From positions 18,742-82,741 of the forward strand of contig DATMIW010000070.1 in assembly GCA_035554115.1 (NCBI GenBank): a stretch of 64,000 nucleotides of DNA. The letters are read 5' to 3'. The position numbers and the translations under genes are program-made. Below, piece after piece: positions 63,996-64,000 of this stretch (positions within the stretch are counted from its first letter, which is position 1; each line of letters opens with the position of its first letter). The notes below the pieces were generated by a model. The model searched no databases. It saw only the letters and a list, made by a program, of their open reading frames with translations, and was not told the DNA's origin. Source of the DNA: Pseudolysinimonas sp. (GTDB taxonomy: Bacteria > Actinomycetota > Actinomycetes > Actinomycetales > Microbacteriaceae).

Positions 63996-64000
63996 CGGGG

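Noticed and set aside
1-64000. Prophage, IS element, integron or genomic island; tRNA, rRNA and CRISPR
   Set aside because: No integrase, transposase, recombinase, capsid or terminase-like ORFs were seen. No tRNA-like T-arm (GGTTCGA-type) was found in any intergenic gap; the few matches lie inside coding regions. No repeat-spacer arrays are present.

Overview
This is a visibly high-GC (not computed) actinobacterial chromosomal segment. Gene content and order look Micrococcales/Microbacteriaceae-like, which is inference only. I call about 60 protein-coding genes and find no rRNA, tRNA, CRISPR array, transposase or integrase. Housekeeping backbone: dxr, an M50 RIP protease and ispG; proS; nusA-ylxR-infB-rbfA; truB-ribF; Fpg/Nei, mutY and a PanE-like reductase; a divergent MFS/TetR pair; deoC plus an aldehyde dehydrogenase; and divergent ligD/ku (NHEJ). 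Less ordinary content: (1) A tightly coupled cluster (1-11263) runs from a giant Ig/FN3 surface protein through MoxR, DUF58, a transglutaminase-like membrane protein whose catalytic Cys and His are substituted, and a Zn-ribbon/FHA protein, to a multi-P-loop FtsK/EccC-like ATPase. (2) A second, Bat-like MoxR-DUF58-vWA-vWA-TPR operon (18605-24100) sits between ispG and proS. (3) A DUF559 endonuclease-like gene sits where rimP is normally found, bracketed by two 46-nt imperfect palindromes, and is followed by a highly structured nusA leader. (4) A DarT-like (DUF4433) ADP-ribosyltransferase gene (52104-52913) appears to keep its catalytic motifs. It has no macrodomain (DarG) or NADAR partner, and instead follows a 133-aa protein with an internally duplicated HTH-like module. 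This is my best candidate for an undescribed toxin/partner system. (5) An SNF2 helicase is translationally coupled to a Stealth phosphotransferase. (6) Other oddities are a J-domain/NERD-like fusion, a LysR effector-domain-only protein, an ALDH paralog lacking the catalytic domain, and a structured intergenic region with C-rich hairpin loops upstream of a cNMP phosphodiesterase-like gene. All family assignments rest on motifs read from the translations and need HMM or BLAST confirmation.
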